64,000 bases of DNA. Source: Caecitellus pseudoparvulus (lineage: Eukaryota; Protista; Bigyra: Bicosoecida). Shown here piece by piece: positions 1 to 9,721 of this stretch. Under the pieces are notes generated by a model that was not told the origin of the DNA, ran no database searches, and saw nothing but the letters and a program-made list of their open reading frames with translations. A program made the position numbers and the translations under genes. How positions within the stretch are numbered: the stretch's first letter is position 1; the number at the start of each line of letters is the position of its first letter. The stretch spans positions 300,175-364,174 of the forward strand of contig CBFFRQ010000079.1 of assembly GCA_965644315.1 (NCBI GenBank), in the 5' to 3' direction.

Positions 1-1968
1 CTGGCCACGGCCCTGCAGTTCACCCCCACAGGGCGTGTGCCCACGCCCACCCCCGCCGCACCCACCAGCGACCCGGAAGCCCTCGTGGCGGCGGCGGTGT
101 CCCCCCTGGGGCTGCCTGACCCCGACGCGGTGGCAGCCTTTGGCCGGGCTTACAGCAGTATGCCGGCGGAAATGGAAGTGGGGACGCTGGAGATCAGCGG
201 GTACTTGCGAGGGTGCCCGCTGCACGTGGACGGGCTCGTGCACATCAGTGGTGTGGGCACATACCCAGTGCAGAGTGTGACGGCCCCTCGGGGGTTGTTG
301 GAGGGGGGTGCAGGCAGCAGCGCTGGGTCGCCTGTCGTGGTGGCGACGGCAGACCCCAGCGAAGTGGAGGACCAGCACACGCTGGGAGAGGAAGACATGA
401 CTGCCGGCGAGCAGACGTGGCCGACGGCGGAGGAGGAGGCGGCTGCGGCGGCGGAGGCCCGGCTGAAGGCGTTGACCAAGGCGACGGGCAGCAAGACGCA
501 GGCTGTGTGGTTGGACGCCATCGGGGAAGGCGACGAGGAGCTGGCAGCTGCGGGGGGCGTCGAGGCGCTCCTGGCTCAGGACGACGAGGGCAGTGAGGGG
601 GAGGATGAGGATGCCACCAGTGTGGCGGAGACGGCGGCGCCGACCAAGACGGAGCTGCGGGCGGCGGCGGCGGCGGCGGAGCGGGAGCACCTGGAGTTCC
701 CAGACGAGGTGGACACGCCAGGGGACGTGCCGGCCCGCCAGCGCTTCGCCCGGTACCGCGGCATGCGCTCCTTTCGCACGTCGCCGTGGGACCCCCAGGA
801 GAGCCTGCCGCGGTCCTACGCCCGAATCTTCCAGCTGGGCAACTTCGCCGCCTCCCAGCGAGCCATCCTGAAGGACAGCTCTGTGGCGGAGGCGACGGTG
901 GCCAAGGTGGAGCGGCACCTGCAGGAGCAGGAGCGTGCCGCGAAACGTGCAGGGGGGGCTGACGCCGCAGTCCCCGGTGCCGGTGGCCAGTCGGCGCTGG
1001 AGGTGGCACAACAGCTGACGCAGCATGCAGGGGAGGGGTGGGTGCCCCAGGGCCGGTACGTGTGCTTGACCATCACGGGCGTGCCGGCGGCTGTCGTGCT
1101 GCAGCGCTTGAAGCCCGAGCCGCTGACTGTGCTGGGGCTGCTGCCACACGAGCACCGGACCAGCATCATGCACTTCAACGTGAAGCGCATTTCGCCCGAG
1201 GTGCCAGCGGGGGAGGATGGCGACGGGGAGGCCGCCGCCGTTGCGGCTGGACTGCCGGCTGACTTCGTGGCGGTGAACGGTGTCCGCTGTGCGCCCATCA
1301 AGAGCAAGACGGACCTGGAGTTCGTCATCGGCACCCGCCGCATTATGACTCGGGCGGTGTTCAGCGAGAACGCCCTCAACTGCGACAAGGCCAAGTTCGA
1401 AAAGTACCTGCACGCAGACAGGTGGACACAGGCCACTGCCTTTGCCCCCATCACCTTCGGCGCTGTGCCGGTGCTAGTGTATGCGGCAGGTAGAGACGGC
1501 ACGCGGGTGCTGGTGGCCGCGGGCACTGCCGCCAGCTGCGAGCCAGACCGCATCATTCTGAAGAAGATCATCCTGTCAGGGTACCCGTTGAAGTGCAAGC
1601 GGCGGGGTGCTATGGTCAAGTACATGTTCCACAACCCCGAGGACATTCGGTACTTCAAGCCGGTGGAGCTGTGGACCAAGCACGGCCTGGCTGGACGCAT
1701 CCGGGAGCCGGTGGGCACACACGGCAGCATGAAGTGCCACTTCTCCGGCAGCGTGTACAGCCACGACACGGTGTGCATGTCGCTGTTCAAGCGCGTGTAC
1801 CCGCGGTGGGGCGCGAGCTACCGGCACCTGGTGGGGGACGCCGCCATGGAGGCGTCTGTGGGCTCCACCATTGCAGGGCCTCTGGGCACCACCACTGGGG
1901 CTGCTCCTAACCCCCTGGATGCCTTCATGGCGGCGCAGGAGCAGGAGAGTGACGCGCGCCTCGCATGA
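1..1968 (+). CDS. TSR1: Pre-rRNA-processing protein TSR1 (40S biogenesis, Bms1/Tsr1 family), 5'-partial
   Basis: Frame is open from base 1 to TGA 1966-1968. Contains FPDEVDTP..ARQRFARYRGMRSFRTSPWDPQESLP..YARIF and the C-terminal RIILKKIILSGYP..VKYMFHNPEDIRYFKPVELWTKHG..GRIREPVGTHGSMKC..DTVCMSLFKRVYP, which are characteristic of Tsr1. Confidence 0.93.
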   Translation: MATALQFTPTGRVPTPTPAAPTSDPEALVAAAVSPLGLPDPDAVAAFGRAYSSMPAEMEVGTLEISGYLRGCPLHVDGLVHISGVGTYPVQSVTAPRGLLEGGAGSSAGSPVVVATADPSEVEDQHTLGEEDMTAGEQTWPTAEEEAAAAAEARLKALTKATGSKTQAVWLDAIGEGDEELAAAGGVEALLAQDDEGSEGEDEDATSVAETAAPTKTELRAAAAAAEREHLEFPDEVDTPGDVPARQRFARYRGMRSFRTSPWDPQESLPRSYARIFQLGNFAASQRAILKDSSVAEATVAKVERHLQEQERAAKRAGGADAAVPGAGGQSALEVAQQLTQHAGEGWVPQGRYVCLTITGVPAAVVLQRLKPEPLTVLGLLPHEHRTSIMHFNVKRISPEVPAGEDGDGEAAAVAAGLPADFVAVNGVRCAPIKSKTDLEFVIGTRRIMTRAVFSENALNCDKAKFEKYLHADRWTQATAFAPITFGAVPVLVYAAGRDGTRVLVAAGTAASCEPDRIILKKIILSGYPLKCKRRGAMVKYMFHNPEDIRYFKPVELWTKHGLAGRIREPVGTHGSMKCHFSGSVYSHDTVCMSLFKRVYPRWGASYRHLVGDAAMEASVGSTIAGPLGTTTGAAPNPLDAFMAAQEQESDARLA

Positions 1969-2065
1969 GCGCTGTTCACAGTTTCGGGGACGGGCCGCAC
2001 AATTCACTGGTCGAGCGAACCCGGGCAGTGCTGCTTTCTCTGCCGCGCTGTGCTGCCAGAGCGCC

Positions 2066-2332
2066 ATGGCTTCCAGCGAGCCGTTCATTGTGACTGTGCT
2101 GTTCTTCGCTGCGGCCCGCGACGCGGCAGGCTGCTCCAGCACAGAGTTTCACGCTGAAACGCCGGTCAGCGCCCAAGCCGTGATCGAGGCGCTGGCAAGC
2201 GGAAACGCAGGGCTCAAGGCCTTCGTCTCCTCCCCGTACTTACTTGCAGTGGACGAGGAGTACGTGGAAGGTGACTTCCTCATTTCTGCCGCCTGCGAGT
2301 TGGCCCTGCTCCCGCCGGTGTCAGGTGGCTGA
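2066..2332 (+). CDS. MOCS2A: Molybdopterin synthase sulfur-carrier (small) subunit, MoaD/ThiS-like, 88 aa
   Basis: GCCATGG start at 2066; VTVLFFAAARD..LAVDEEYV..ELALLPPVSGG-stop, with the diagnostic C-terminal Gly-Gly. Confidence 0.92.
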   Translation: MASSEPFIVTVLFFAAARDAAGCSSTEFHAETPVSAQAVIEALASGNAGLKAFVSSPYLLAVDEEYVEGDFLISAACELALLPPVSGG

Positions 2333-2335
2333 GGC

Positions 2336-2935
2336 ATGGCGCATTCCGCAGCAGCCGACAAGGAGCTGTCTGGCGGGGGCACCCACATCGCCCTCACACA
2401 CGAGCCCATCGATGTTGGAGGCCTGCTCTCTCGCTGCACTGCTCCAGAGTGCGGCGCTGTCAGTTCATTCCTGGGCACGACGCGGAATTCCTTCCACGGG
2501 CGACCCGTGACCACCCTGCGCTACACCGCCTATGAGAGCATGGCACTGAAGGAGCTGGCCAAGGTGGTGCAGAGCGCCCGAGAAGGGGCGCTGGCACTGC
2601 CACAGCAGCCCCACGGCAGCAACGCCCTGCACCACGTGGCTGTGGAGCACCGACTGGGGGAGGTGCCTGTGGGGGAGGTATCCGTGGCCATCGTCGTATC
2701 GTCGCCCCACCGCGCCGCAAGCCTGTGGGCCGTGCAGCACATCATCGACACGCTCAAGGCGCGCGTACCAGTGTGGAAGCAGGAGTTCTTCCAGGGCGAG
2801 GCGCAGGGCACGTGGAAGAGCAACGCTGAGTGTGGCTGTAGTGCTCGAGGGGCTGGGCCGCCGCTGGTGCGTGGCTGCGCCCGCTCACCTCAGGAGCCTG
2901 ACACGGCCTTGGAGGCGCCGGTGGAGCACAAGTGA
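2336..2935 (+). CDS. MOCS2B: Molybdopterin synthase catalytic (large) subunit, MoaE
   Basis: CGAVSSFLGTTRNSFHGRPVTTLRYTAYESMA..HRLGEVPVGEVSVAIVVSSPHR..IDTLKARVPVWKQE..WKSN are MoaE motifs. The ATG lies 3 nt after the MOCS2A stop. Confidence 0.93.
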   Translation: MAHSAAADKELSGGGTHIALTHEPIDVGGLLSRCTAPECGAVSSFLGTTRNSFHGRPVTTLRYTAYESMALKELAKVVQSAREGALALPQQPHGSNALHHVAVEHRLGEVPVGEVSVAIVVSSPHRAASLWAVQHIIDTLKARVPVWKQEFFQGEAQGTWKSNAECGCSARGAGPPLVRGCARSPQEPDTALEAPVEHK

Positions 2936-4139
2936 CGCAGGACGCAGTCGTAGCATTGGGGCTTCCCTGCCTTGCACACCTTCCTGCCATCTGCGTGGGG
3001 GAGGGGGCAGTGGGAGGGGGTGTTGCTTGGGGCGCGTGGCGTGTCGCTGTGCGATGCACGCACGGTCGATGAGGAGGATGTGCAGTGGGTACTTGATGCT
3101 GTCAGGCAGCGTTGCGTTCAAGTGGGTGTATGTGGTCTCCCTCGTCACCGGAGGCCACGCCAGGTCCAATGCACCGTCCACCGCCTTCCCTTCATGCTCG
3201 CCTGCGGCATGCTTGGAGGCTGACTGGTCGCAGCCGGTGTCAGGCACACTGGGGCCTGAGGCAGCTGCTGCCGCGCGCCGAGGGCGTTTCGCAGGGGGGA
3301 GACTGGGAGCAGGGTCGGGGCATGGCGGGCCGGCTGGTGTGCCGGTGTGCATGGGGGGCGAGGGGGGGACGGCAGCAGCACCTGGCGAATGCTTGGCCAG
3401 GTCGGCTGTCACTGCGGCGCGAACCGCCGCGTCGCCCGCTGGAGCTGCACGCCGGACGGCGTTGATGAGCGGCACACGGGGCGTCCACCCCAGGCGACCG
3501 GCTATGCGGTGAATGTGCGTGTCCACTGCAAAGTCGGGGCGCTGCAGTTCAAAGAGCAGGACGCAGGAGATGGTTTTGGGCCCCACGCCTTTGAACCGCG
3601 ACAACTCCGCCTTGATGGCAGCAGAGGGGGCCGACCTGAGGTGTTCCAGGGACACCTCCCCCCGTTCTTCCCGAATTGTGTGCAGCATGGCTTGGATGCG
3701 CGCTGTCTTGGAGGCTGCGAGCCCCCCACACCGAATGGCGTCCTGCACCGCTGCAGGCTCGGCGGCTGCGACGGCTTCCCAGGTTGGGAAGGCAGCCTTC
3801 AAGCGGCTGAAGGCCCGGCTGGAATTCACATTCGTCGTGTTTTGTGATAGGATCGTCTTTACCACTGCGTCCAGCACGCTTCGACTTCTGTGCCGGGCGG
3901 TGAGGGCCGATGACGTGGTGGGCTGCGTCGCAACTTCCGCAGCGGCACGGAGCTCACACTGCCGCTGGCTTCTTCTCGCCGTACTCGGCTGACAGCAGGC
4001 GGGTGACTTCAAGGGCTTCGGCTGGGGATGGGCGGGTGTAGTGCTGGAAGGGGGTGGGCTCGTCATACGTGAAGCCAGGAGGGCCGGGCTGCGTCTGGCA
4101 CAAATCCTCCACATCAGGCACTGGCGGCCCAGCTGCCAT
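2890..4139 (-). CDS. HhH-GPD / endonuclease III-family DNA glycosylase with [4Fe-4S] FCL motif; predicted exons 4139-3958, 3887-3064, 2990-2890 (368 aa)
   Basis: VLDAVVKTILSQNTT..SSRAF, HhH GVGPKT and AVDTH are in the long ORF. A GTGAGC..CACAG intron (3957-3888, 70 nt) joins the N-terminal RPSPAEALEVTRLLSAEYG exon. A GTGCGT..CGCAG intron (3063-2991, 73 nt) restores HGRKVCKAGKPQCYDCVLRHLC (C-X6-C-X2-C-X5-C). Spliced length is 1107 nt and in frame. Confidence 0.85.
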
Positions 4140-4320
4140 TGCGTATGGGGTGTGTCGTGCGCAGCAGGTCATGCGGGCTTGGCAAAAGCCACGTGGGGAC
4201 CTTACTCAGATGCGGCGGACTGAAAATTGACGTTCTCCCTCTTGCAGGCTGGACACCGCCTGTTCAAGGCTGCAGTGCCGAGTTTGACGAGAGCGAGCCA
4301 GAGAGTTTGGGCACACAGCC
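4140..4320. promoter_or_regulatory. Probable bidirectional promoter between the glycosylase and SAS10
   Basis: Only 181 bp separate two divergent ATGs (4139 minus, 4321 plus). Inferred from geometry alone. Confidence 0.5.
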
Positions 4321-6578
4321 ATGCCACGCCGCCACGGCCACAAGAAGGGGCGGGCACCCGCACACACCCTGGCAGACGGTGAAGACATCAGAGATGACAT
4401 TGAGAAACATGCTGATGAGCGAGCAGTGCGCATGGTTGGAGGGCAGGGTGCGTGGCTGTGCCTGTTCGGAGCGGGAGTGAAACGCCGTGAACACCACGCC
4501 CCGCACGCCCCCCGCTGCCCGCGCTTGCAGGTGACGACAGCAGCAGCGATGACAGCGCAGGAGAGGAAGTGGTCATGGACATGGCCGAGCCAGCGACGTC
4601 TGACTCCGACTCTGACACAGACTACGACTGGGACAATGACCCTGAAGGGCGCCTTGGTCTTGGCCCGGCCCTGAAACGCCGAGGGCGGCACAGCGACGAC
4701 GAGGAGGAGGACGACGACGCCAAGCAGCGCGACATTGACAACATTGCCAAGGCGTGGGGGAAGAAGCGCTCAGCGTACTACCAGGAGGGCGACGTGTTGG
4801 ACGAGGCAGTGGACTCGGAGGAGGAGGCCGAAGTGGCAGCGGCGGAGGAGGCAGAGGCGAAGCGCTTGGCGGCGCAGCACTTGTCCAGCTTGCAGGAGGC
4901 CGACTTCGGCATTCCCAGCGCCGCAGCGTCCTCGAAGGGCTCTGCGAAGAAGCAGAGCAAGCGCAGCAGCAAGCGCGCTGGCGGCGTGGAGAAGGTGTCT
5001 CGCCGCACAGGCGGACTGACACAGGCTGACAAGCTGGACCTGGTGCTGTCAGATGCGCCTGAGCTGCTGGGCGTGCTGGAGGAGCTGGGCAGCCGCGTGG
5101 AGGAGGTGCGGCACACCATCCAGCCCATCCTGCAGGCTGTGCGGGAGGGCGGCCTGGCCACCACGGGCGGCGTCGCATACCTGGAGGTGCGGCACCAGCT
5201 GCTCCTGGCGTACGTGTCCCACTTGGCGTTCTACCTCATGCTCAAGGCAGAGGGGGCGCCTGTGCGGCACCACCCCGTCATGGCGCGCCTCGTGCGCATC
5301 CGCACCATGATGGAGAAGGCACGCCCCCTGGACGCCAAGTTGAAGTTCCAGCTGGACCGCATTCTGCGCGCAGGGAGCGGCGCGCAGCAGGGCAGTGTCC
5401 TTGCGCCCAACCCCACTGCCATGCTGGCCCACGGCGACGACGGCGCGTCCAGCGACAGCTCCCAGAGCGACGCTGCCAGCTCCGTGTCCGATGCTGAGCC
5501 TGGCGCCAGCGACGGCGAGGAGGTCACTGGCACGTACAAGCCGCTGAAGCGCACCGCTGTCATGTACGACGGCGAGGAGGGTGCTGAGGGCGCCCGGGCG
5601 GCCCGCAACGCCGCTCGTCAGCGGCAGAAGCTGCTGGCGTCGCGCCTGTACGCCGACCTGCGCAGCGAGTTCTCGGAGCGCCCTGAGGAGCAGATGGTGG
5701 AGGGCGCGCGGGGCCTGGCGGCGCGGGGCGCTGGCCTGGGGCAGGACGTGGGCGGCGAGCTGGACGCCAAGCTGGCCAAGCTGCAGGCTGCCCGGGAGGC
5801 GGCGGAGGAGGAGAACTTCTCGCGCCTGCAGGAGAGCAAGGAGGAGCGACGCTTGCGCAAGGCTCGGGACCGGGCCCGGGCACGCACGGCAGCGCTGGGC
5901 GACGTGGAGGACTTCGCGACGCTGCAGTCAGACTTGGGCTCCACCGCTGGCAAGGCGGCGGCGCTGCCGGGGGCCAAGTTCGGCGCGCCCACCCTGGACT
6001 GGCAGGCCGCCAGCGCCAGCTCCCTGTCCACGAAGCAGGGCGGGCGCAGCCTGTCGGAGTACATGTCCCAGGTGGCGGCGGCAGCTGCAGGGGGCGGCAC
6101 GGCCCTGGGCGGCATCGCACGCAAGCGCAGGCGGGGTGAGCTGCCGGGGGCGGATGCCGGGACCAAGCGGTCGCGCGGCGCCTCTGAGGAGGATGTGGGG
6201 GGCGCTGCATTCGACGAAGCCGAGTTGGAGGCTATGCTGGAGGCAGGGCACGCCTCTGCCGCGCGCAAGAGCGCTGCCAAGACTTCCCGTGGGCAGGCCC
6301 GTGTGGACGCCTTGCGTGCTGCGGCGGCTGCTGCGGACAGCGACGAGGAGGCGGAGAGCAAGCGCCTGGTGACGAGGGACATCATGAAGAACCGCGGCCT
6401 GACCAAGTACCGCAAGAAGAGTGCCCGCAACCCCCGTGTGGCGTACCGCGAAAAGGCGGACAAGCGCTCGAAGCGGTACAAGAACCAGGTCGCACCCATG
6501 CGCACAGCAGAAGCGGGCAGGTACGCTGGCGAGGCGACTGGCATCCGCGCGTCCATCTCTCGCTCCACGAAGCTGTAG
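4321..6578 (+). CDS. SAS10: Sas10/Utp3 U3 snoRNP (SSU processome) protein; exons 4321-4447 and 4531-6578
   Basis: Acidic N-terminus with AWGKKRSAYY; C1D-like YLEVRHQLLLAYV..FYLMLK..HPVMARLVRIRTMMEK..LKFQLD; C-terminal NRGLTKYRKK..RNPRV..YAGEATGI..SRSTKL. An 83-nt GTGCGT..TTGCAG intron (4448-4530) links ATG 4321 in frame. Confidence 0.9.
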
Positions 6579-6592
6579 GAAATGCACGCAAC

Positions 6593-9040
6593 TTAGCACA
6601 GCTTGCGCAACGAGCGCAGCGGGGCCTGCCCAGACATGGCGCTCTGCACGTCGCCGTGCACAGGCACAGCTGCTGACGCGTCAGCCACGCTGCCATGGGG
6701 TGGCCGGCTTGACGAGCGGCAACTGCGTAGGGGGGCATGCCGCAGCCGCTGCTTCAACAAGCGCCTGGACACTGGGCCGTACACCTCGCCAGATGGCTGG
6801 GCGCCGCAACTGGAGGCACTGGCTCTGGCGCTGTGCAAAAGGTGAGACGAGGCGGTTGCCGTGTTGACGTGCACGTCTTCGTTGCCGCGCACTGACAGCC
6901 CCCTTGAGGGGGGAGCTAGCAGTTGGGCCTGCTGCAAGTGGGCTGTCCACGTCGTGTGCACAGTCTGCCGGTCGGCGGCGGCTTTGCCCATGTCAGACGT
7001 CGAGCTGTGAGCCCCCCCCTGCCAGAGCTGCGACCTGTAGAAGCGGCCCGTGGAGCTGCTATGTGATCTGCTGGTTTGACGCAGCAGCGGCATGCTGAGC
7101 GAGCTGCCTTGCGGTCCATGGAAGGTGCCTCTTACAGTGCCTGCAGCCAACCTTGCTTGTGTCGGGGTTGCGGTAGACACGCTGTCCATGCGCTGGAGAG
7201 CATTGCCGACTCGGAACGCGTTCGCTTTCAGCACATTGTCCATGGCAATGGCAGTTCCAGGCCGTTGGGACTCGAAACGACTCTCACGGTTGCCTGCTGA
7301 AGAAGCGGGGGATGCCGTGCTGTTTGGCAGGAGGCTTGAGCGCAGTGCGAGCGAGAGGCGTGCTTCTTGAAGTGGCAGGATGCGCCCGATGCTCTGGTCG
7401 GGGCCTGCGCTGTGCGGCCGGCCGCAGGCTTCAGTAGCGAGCCTCCGCCGTGTGCTGATGCTCATGCCCTTCCCGATGCTCGCTGCCAATCGTGCGCGGG
7501 CTCGTCGTGCGGCTTCTGCGCGCAGAATGACTGCCTTGGGCTCCACGAAGGCGTCCATGTCTCCATCCAGAGGTGCCTGCACCCGATCGCAATCAACACG
7601 CGTCCCAGTCAACGCCACTGGCAACGGAGAGGAAGCAGCGCCGAAAGTCACCCCGGACAGCAGAGGGTGCCCTTCCCACCGCCCGGGCGCATCAGCCTCG
7701 GCTTCAGATGGCGCTCCGCGGGCACCAGAGCCATCCGGCGCAGTGCCTGCGAAAGCGCGTGAGCCCGGACGCAGCACGGGGCTAGGGCGGGGTGCCTGTG
7801 TGGCAACTCCGCCAGCTTTCCCCGGCTGCGATGCCCACGCACTGCTCGGCTCTGCAGCAGTAGAGGAAGCACCGGGCAAGGTTTGGGTGCGGCTTGTTTG
7901 CAAGAGTGTGGTGGCTGGCAACGCCCCAGGCGCCGGCACGTGCATGGAGGTACGGGGTCCACCCGTGAACGCAGCATGGCGGTGCAGAAGAGGCACACAC
8001 GAAAGCCCTACACTTGAAAACCTCTGCAGTAGCCCCCACGTCTTCTCGAGGAATGCCAAGGTGAGGCGCCAGGGCACAGAGTGAGGCGGCTGGAGTCCGC
8101 ACTGCACCCCGAATGCCATGCCTGCAGAGAACGCGACGGTGCCCTGTCGGGAGCTGGTGGCAAGGGGGGTGTATGTGGGCATGCGAGAGGCTATGCTGCC
8201 GTCCAGAATCCTCCATCGCGTCAGTCCACGTGCGATGAAGGTGGCTGCTGCACCTGGGCACTGGTGGCGGCCTGCGGAAGACAGCGATGCCAGCTCTTCA
8301 TCGCGCCGCCCCACCTCCAATCCTCGTGGCCTGTGCACGGAGGAGCTCGAGGAGACACGGTCCTCTCCTGTTCTTGTGTGTTCGACCTTGTCCCACCTCT
8401 GCAAGCCGACGCTCATGCTGGATTCCCAGGACTGGTTCCGAGAGTTGAACGCCAGGCAGTCCCCCGTGGCCCAATCCAGAAAAACGCCCACGCCGTCGCC
8501 CGCATCTGGCTGTGGGGGCATGGTGTCGCTGACGTCTCGCAGGAAGCTGCCCGCACCGCCCCCGTTCAAGACGTGCAGGCGCTTGCCCCCGGATGCCAGC
8601 ACGTGCGCCAGGCTTGGCGCGCCACTGCCCAGCGCCAGGAGCGGCTTGCCAAACTGCAAGCACTGCCTGATGAGAGCGGTGACTTGCACGTTGTAGCTTG
8701 CCCAGGGGATGTCTAGCTCTTTGCTGCCGTGTACGCACACCAAGTCCACGGCATTGAAGCGCTGGATGGAGCGCGGGTCGGGGAATCCCAACGGTACGTC
8801 GTACAGCAAGTGCGCGAGGCCTTGGCGGTCGCAGCGAGAGATGGAAAACCCCCCTCTCGGCACTCCAGCCGCAAGGAGAAGGCTGGCTATGAGGGGCTCG
8901 GCGGACTTCCGCTTGGTCTTAGCGTGGTCGTGAAAATCTGGCGTGACAGGCTGACCACTTGCATGCCAGCTCGCGTCTTTCTTGTTTGAGTCTGGTAGCA
9001 GTGCAGACTTGGATCCCAACTCGACCAGCACTACCTTCAT
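6593..9040 (-). CDS. Hypothetical 815-aa protein with a degenerate class I glutamine amidotransferase-like N-terminal domain and a low-complexity tail
   Basis: Long ATG-initiated ORF. CLQFGKPLLALGSGAPSLAHVL resembles the GATase nucleophile elbow without the Cys, and AFGVQC stands in place of GVQFHPE. Confidence 0.65.
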   Translation of the reverse strand: MKVVLVELGSKSALLPDSNKKDASWHASGQPVTPDFHDHAKTKRKSAEPLIASLLLAAGVPRGGFSISRCDRQGLAHLLYDVPLGFPDPRSIQRFNAVDLVCVHGSKELDIPWASYNVQVTALIRQCLQFGKPLLALGSGAPSLAHVLASGGKRLHVLNGGGAGSFLRDVSDTMPPQPDAGDGVGVFLDWATGDCLAFNSRNQSWESSMSVGLQRWDKVEHTRTGEDRVSSSSSVHRPRGLEVGRRDEELASLSSAGRHQCPGAAATFIARGLTRWRILDGSIASRMPTYTPLATSSRQGTVAFSAGMAFGVQCGLQPPHSVPWRLTLAFLEKTWGLLQRFSSVGLSCVPLLHRHAAFTGGPRTSMHVPAPGALPATTLLQTSRTQTLPGASSTAAEPSSAWASQPGKAGGVATQAPRPSPVLRPGSRAFAGTAPDGSGARGAPSEAEADAPGRWEGHPLLSGVTFGAASSPLPVALTGTRVDCDRVQAPLDGDMDAFVEPKAVILRAEAARRARARLAASIGKGMSISTRRRLATEACGRPHSAGPDQSIGRILPLQEARLSLALRSSLLPNSTASPASSAGNRESRFESQRPGTAIAMDNVLKANAFRVGNALQRMDSVSTATPTQARLAAGTVRGTFHGPQGSSLSMPLLRQTSRSHSSSTGRFYRSQLWQGGAHSSTSDMGKAAADRQTVHTTWTAHLQQAQLLAPPSRGLSVRGNEDVHVNTATASSHLLHSARASASSCGAQPSGEVYGPVSRRLLKQRLRHAPLRSCRSSSRPPHGSVADASAAVPVHGDVQSAMSGQAPLRSLRKLC

Positions 9041-9721
9041 GCTGACCGCTTACCCGCACTGTCCGCGCACAGGTGCGTCGGTAGCGCTTGATCTTTGCCC
9101 CTTCAGCTGCCCGCTGTGACTCGGGGTTCGATTTCCGCAAGCCGCAAGCGGGGGCTGGTGCAGTCCTTGGGGGTTGAGGAAGGATTCTTCCAGTGCCCAC
9201 GTGGCGTCCTTGTCAAGGCGGTTCAAACCAGGATCAGTATTTGTAGAGGGAGGCCTGCTGCTTCATTGGGAGTGCTTCTCGGCTTGCTCCTTTTTGCTGA
9301 GAGGAGGAGTTCATCCTCATTCTTCGTATTGTTTTCCGCACCAGTGGTCAGAATGGGGTAACAGCAGCCCAATTTAGCACCCTTACTTAAATTCACACCG
9401 AACAGCGGCCCGAGATGTCCGCGCTCGGTGCATTTGGCGGGCTCTGACAGATCGGGAAGCCGACGCGTGCTGCGGAAATTGCAGCGACAGGCCAAAGGCC
9501 AGGATCGGAGGAATGCAGCAGCGACACAAAATACGAAACCTTTCCATGTGCACAATTCTGCACAGGGATGTCAAGGGTGGGTGCTTTTCCCTCCTTTGCG
9601 AAGCGCCAGGTCAACTTGCTGCTTCGTGGCGTGTTGGTAGCAGCCCCGCGCGCGCCACCATCGACCACTCTGCAGAGCCGCAGCAGGCAGTGCAGGACTC
9701 GCTGACGAAGAAGCTACAACC

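Noticed and set aside
4225-4233. ATTGACGT CRE-like motif, also present reversed at ~28111-28118
   Set aside because: Two occurrences of an 8-mer are not enough to call a regulatory site.
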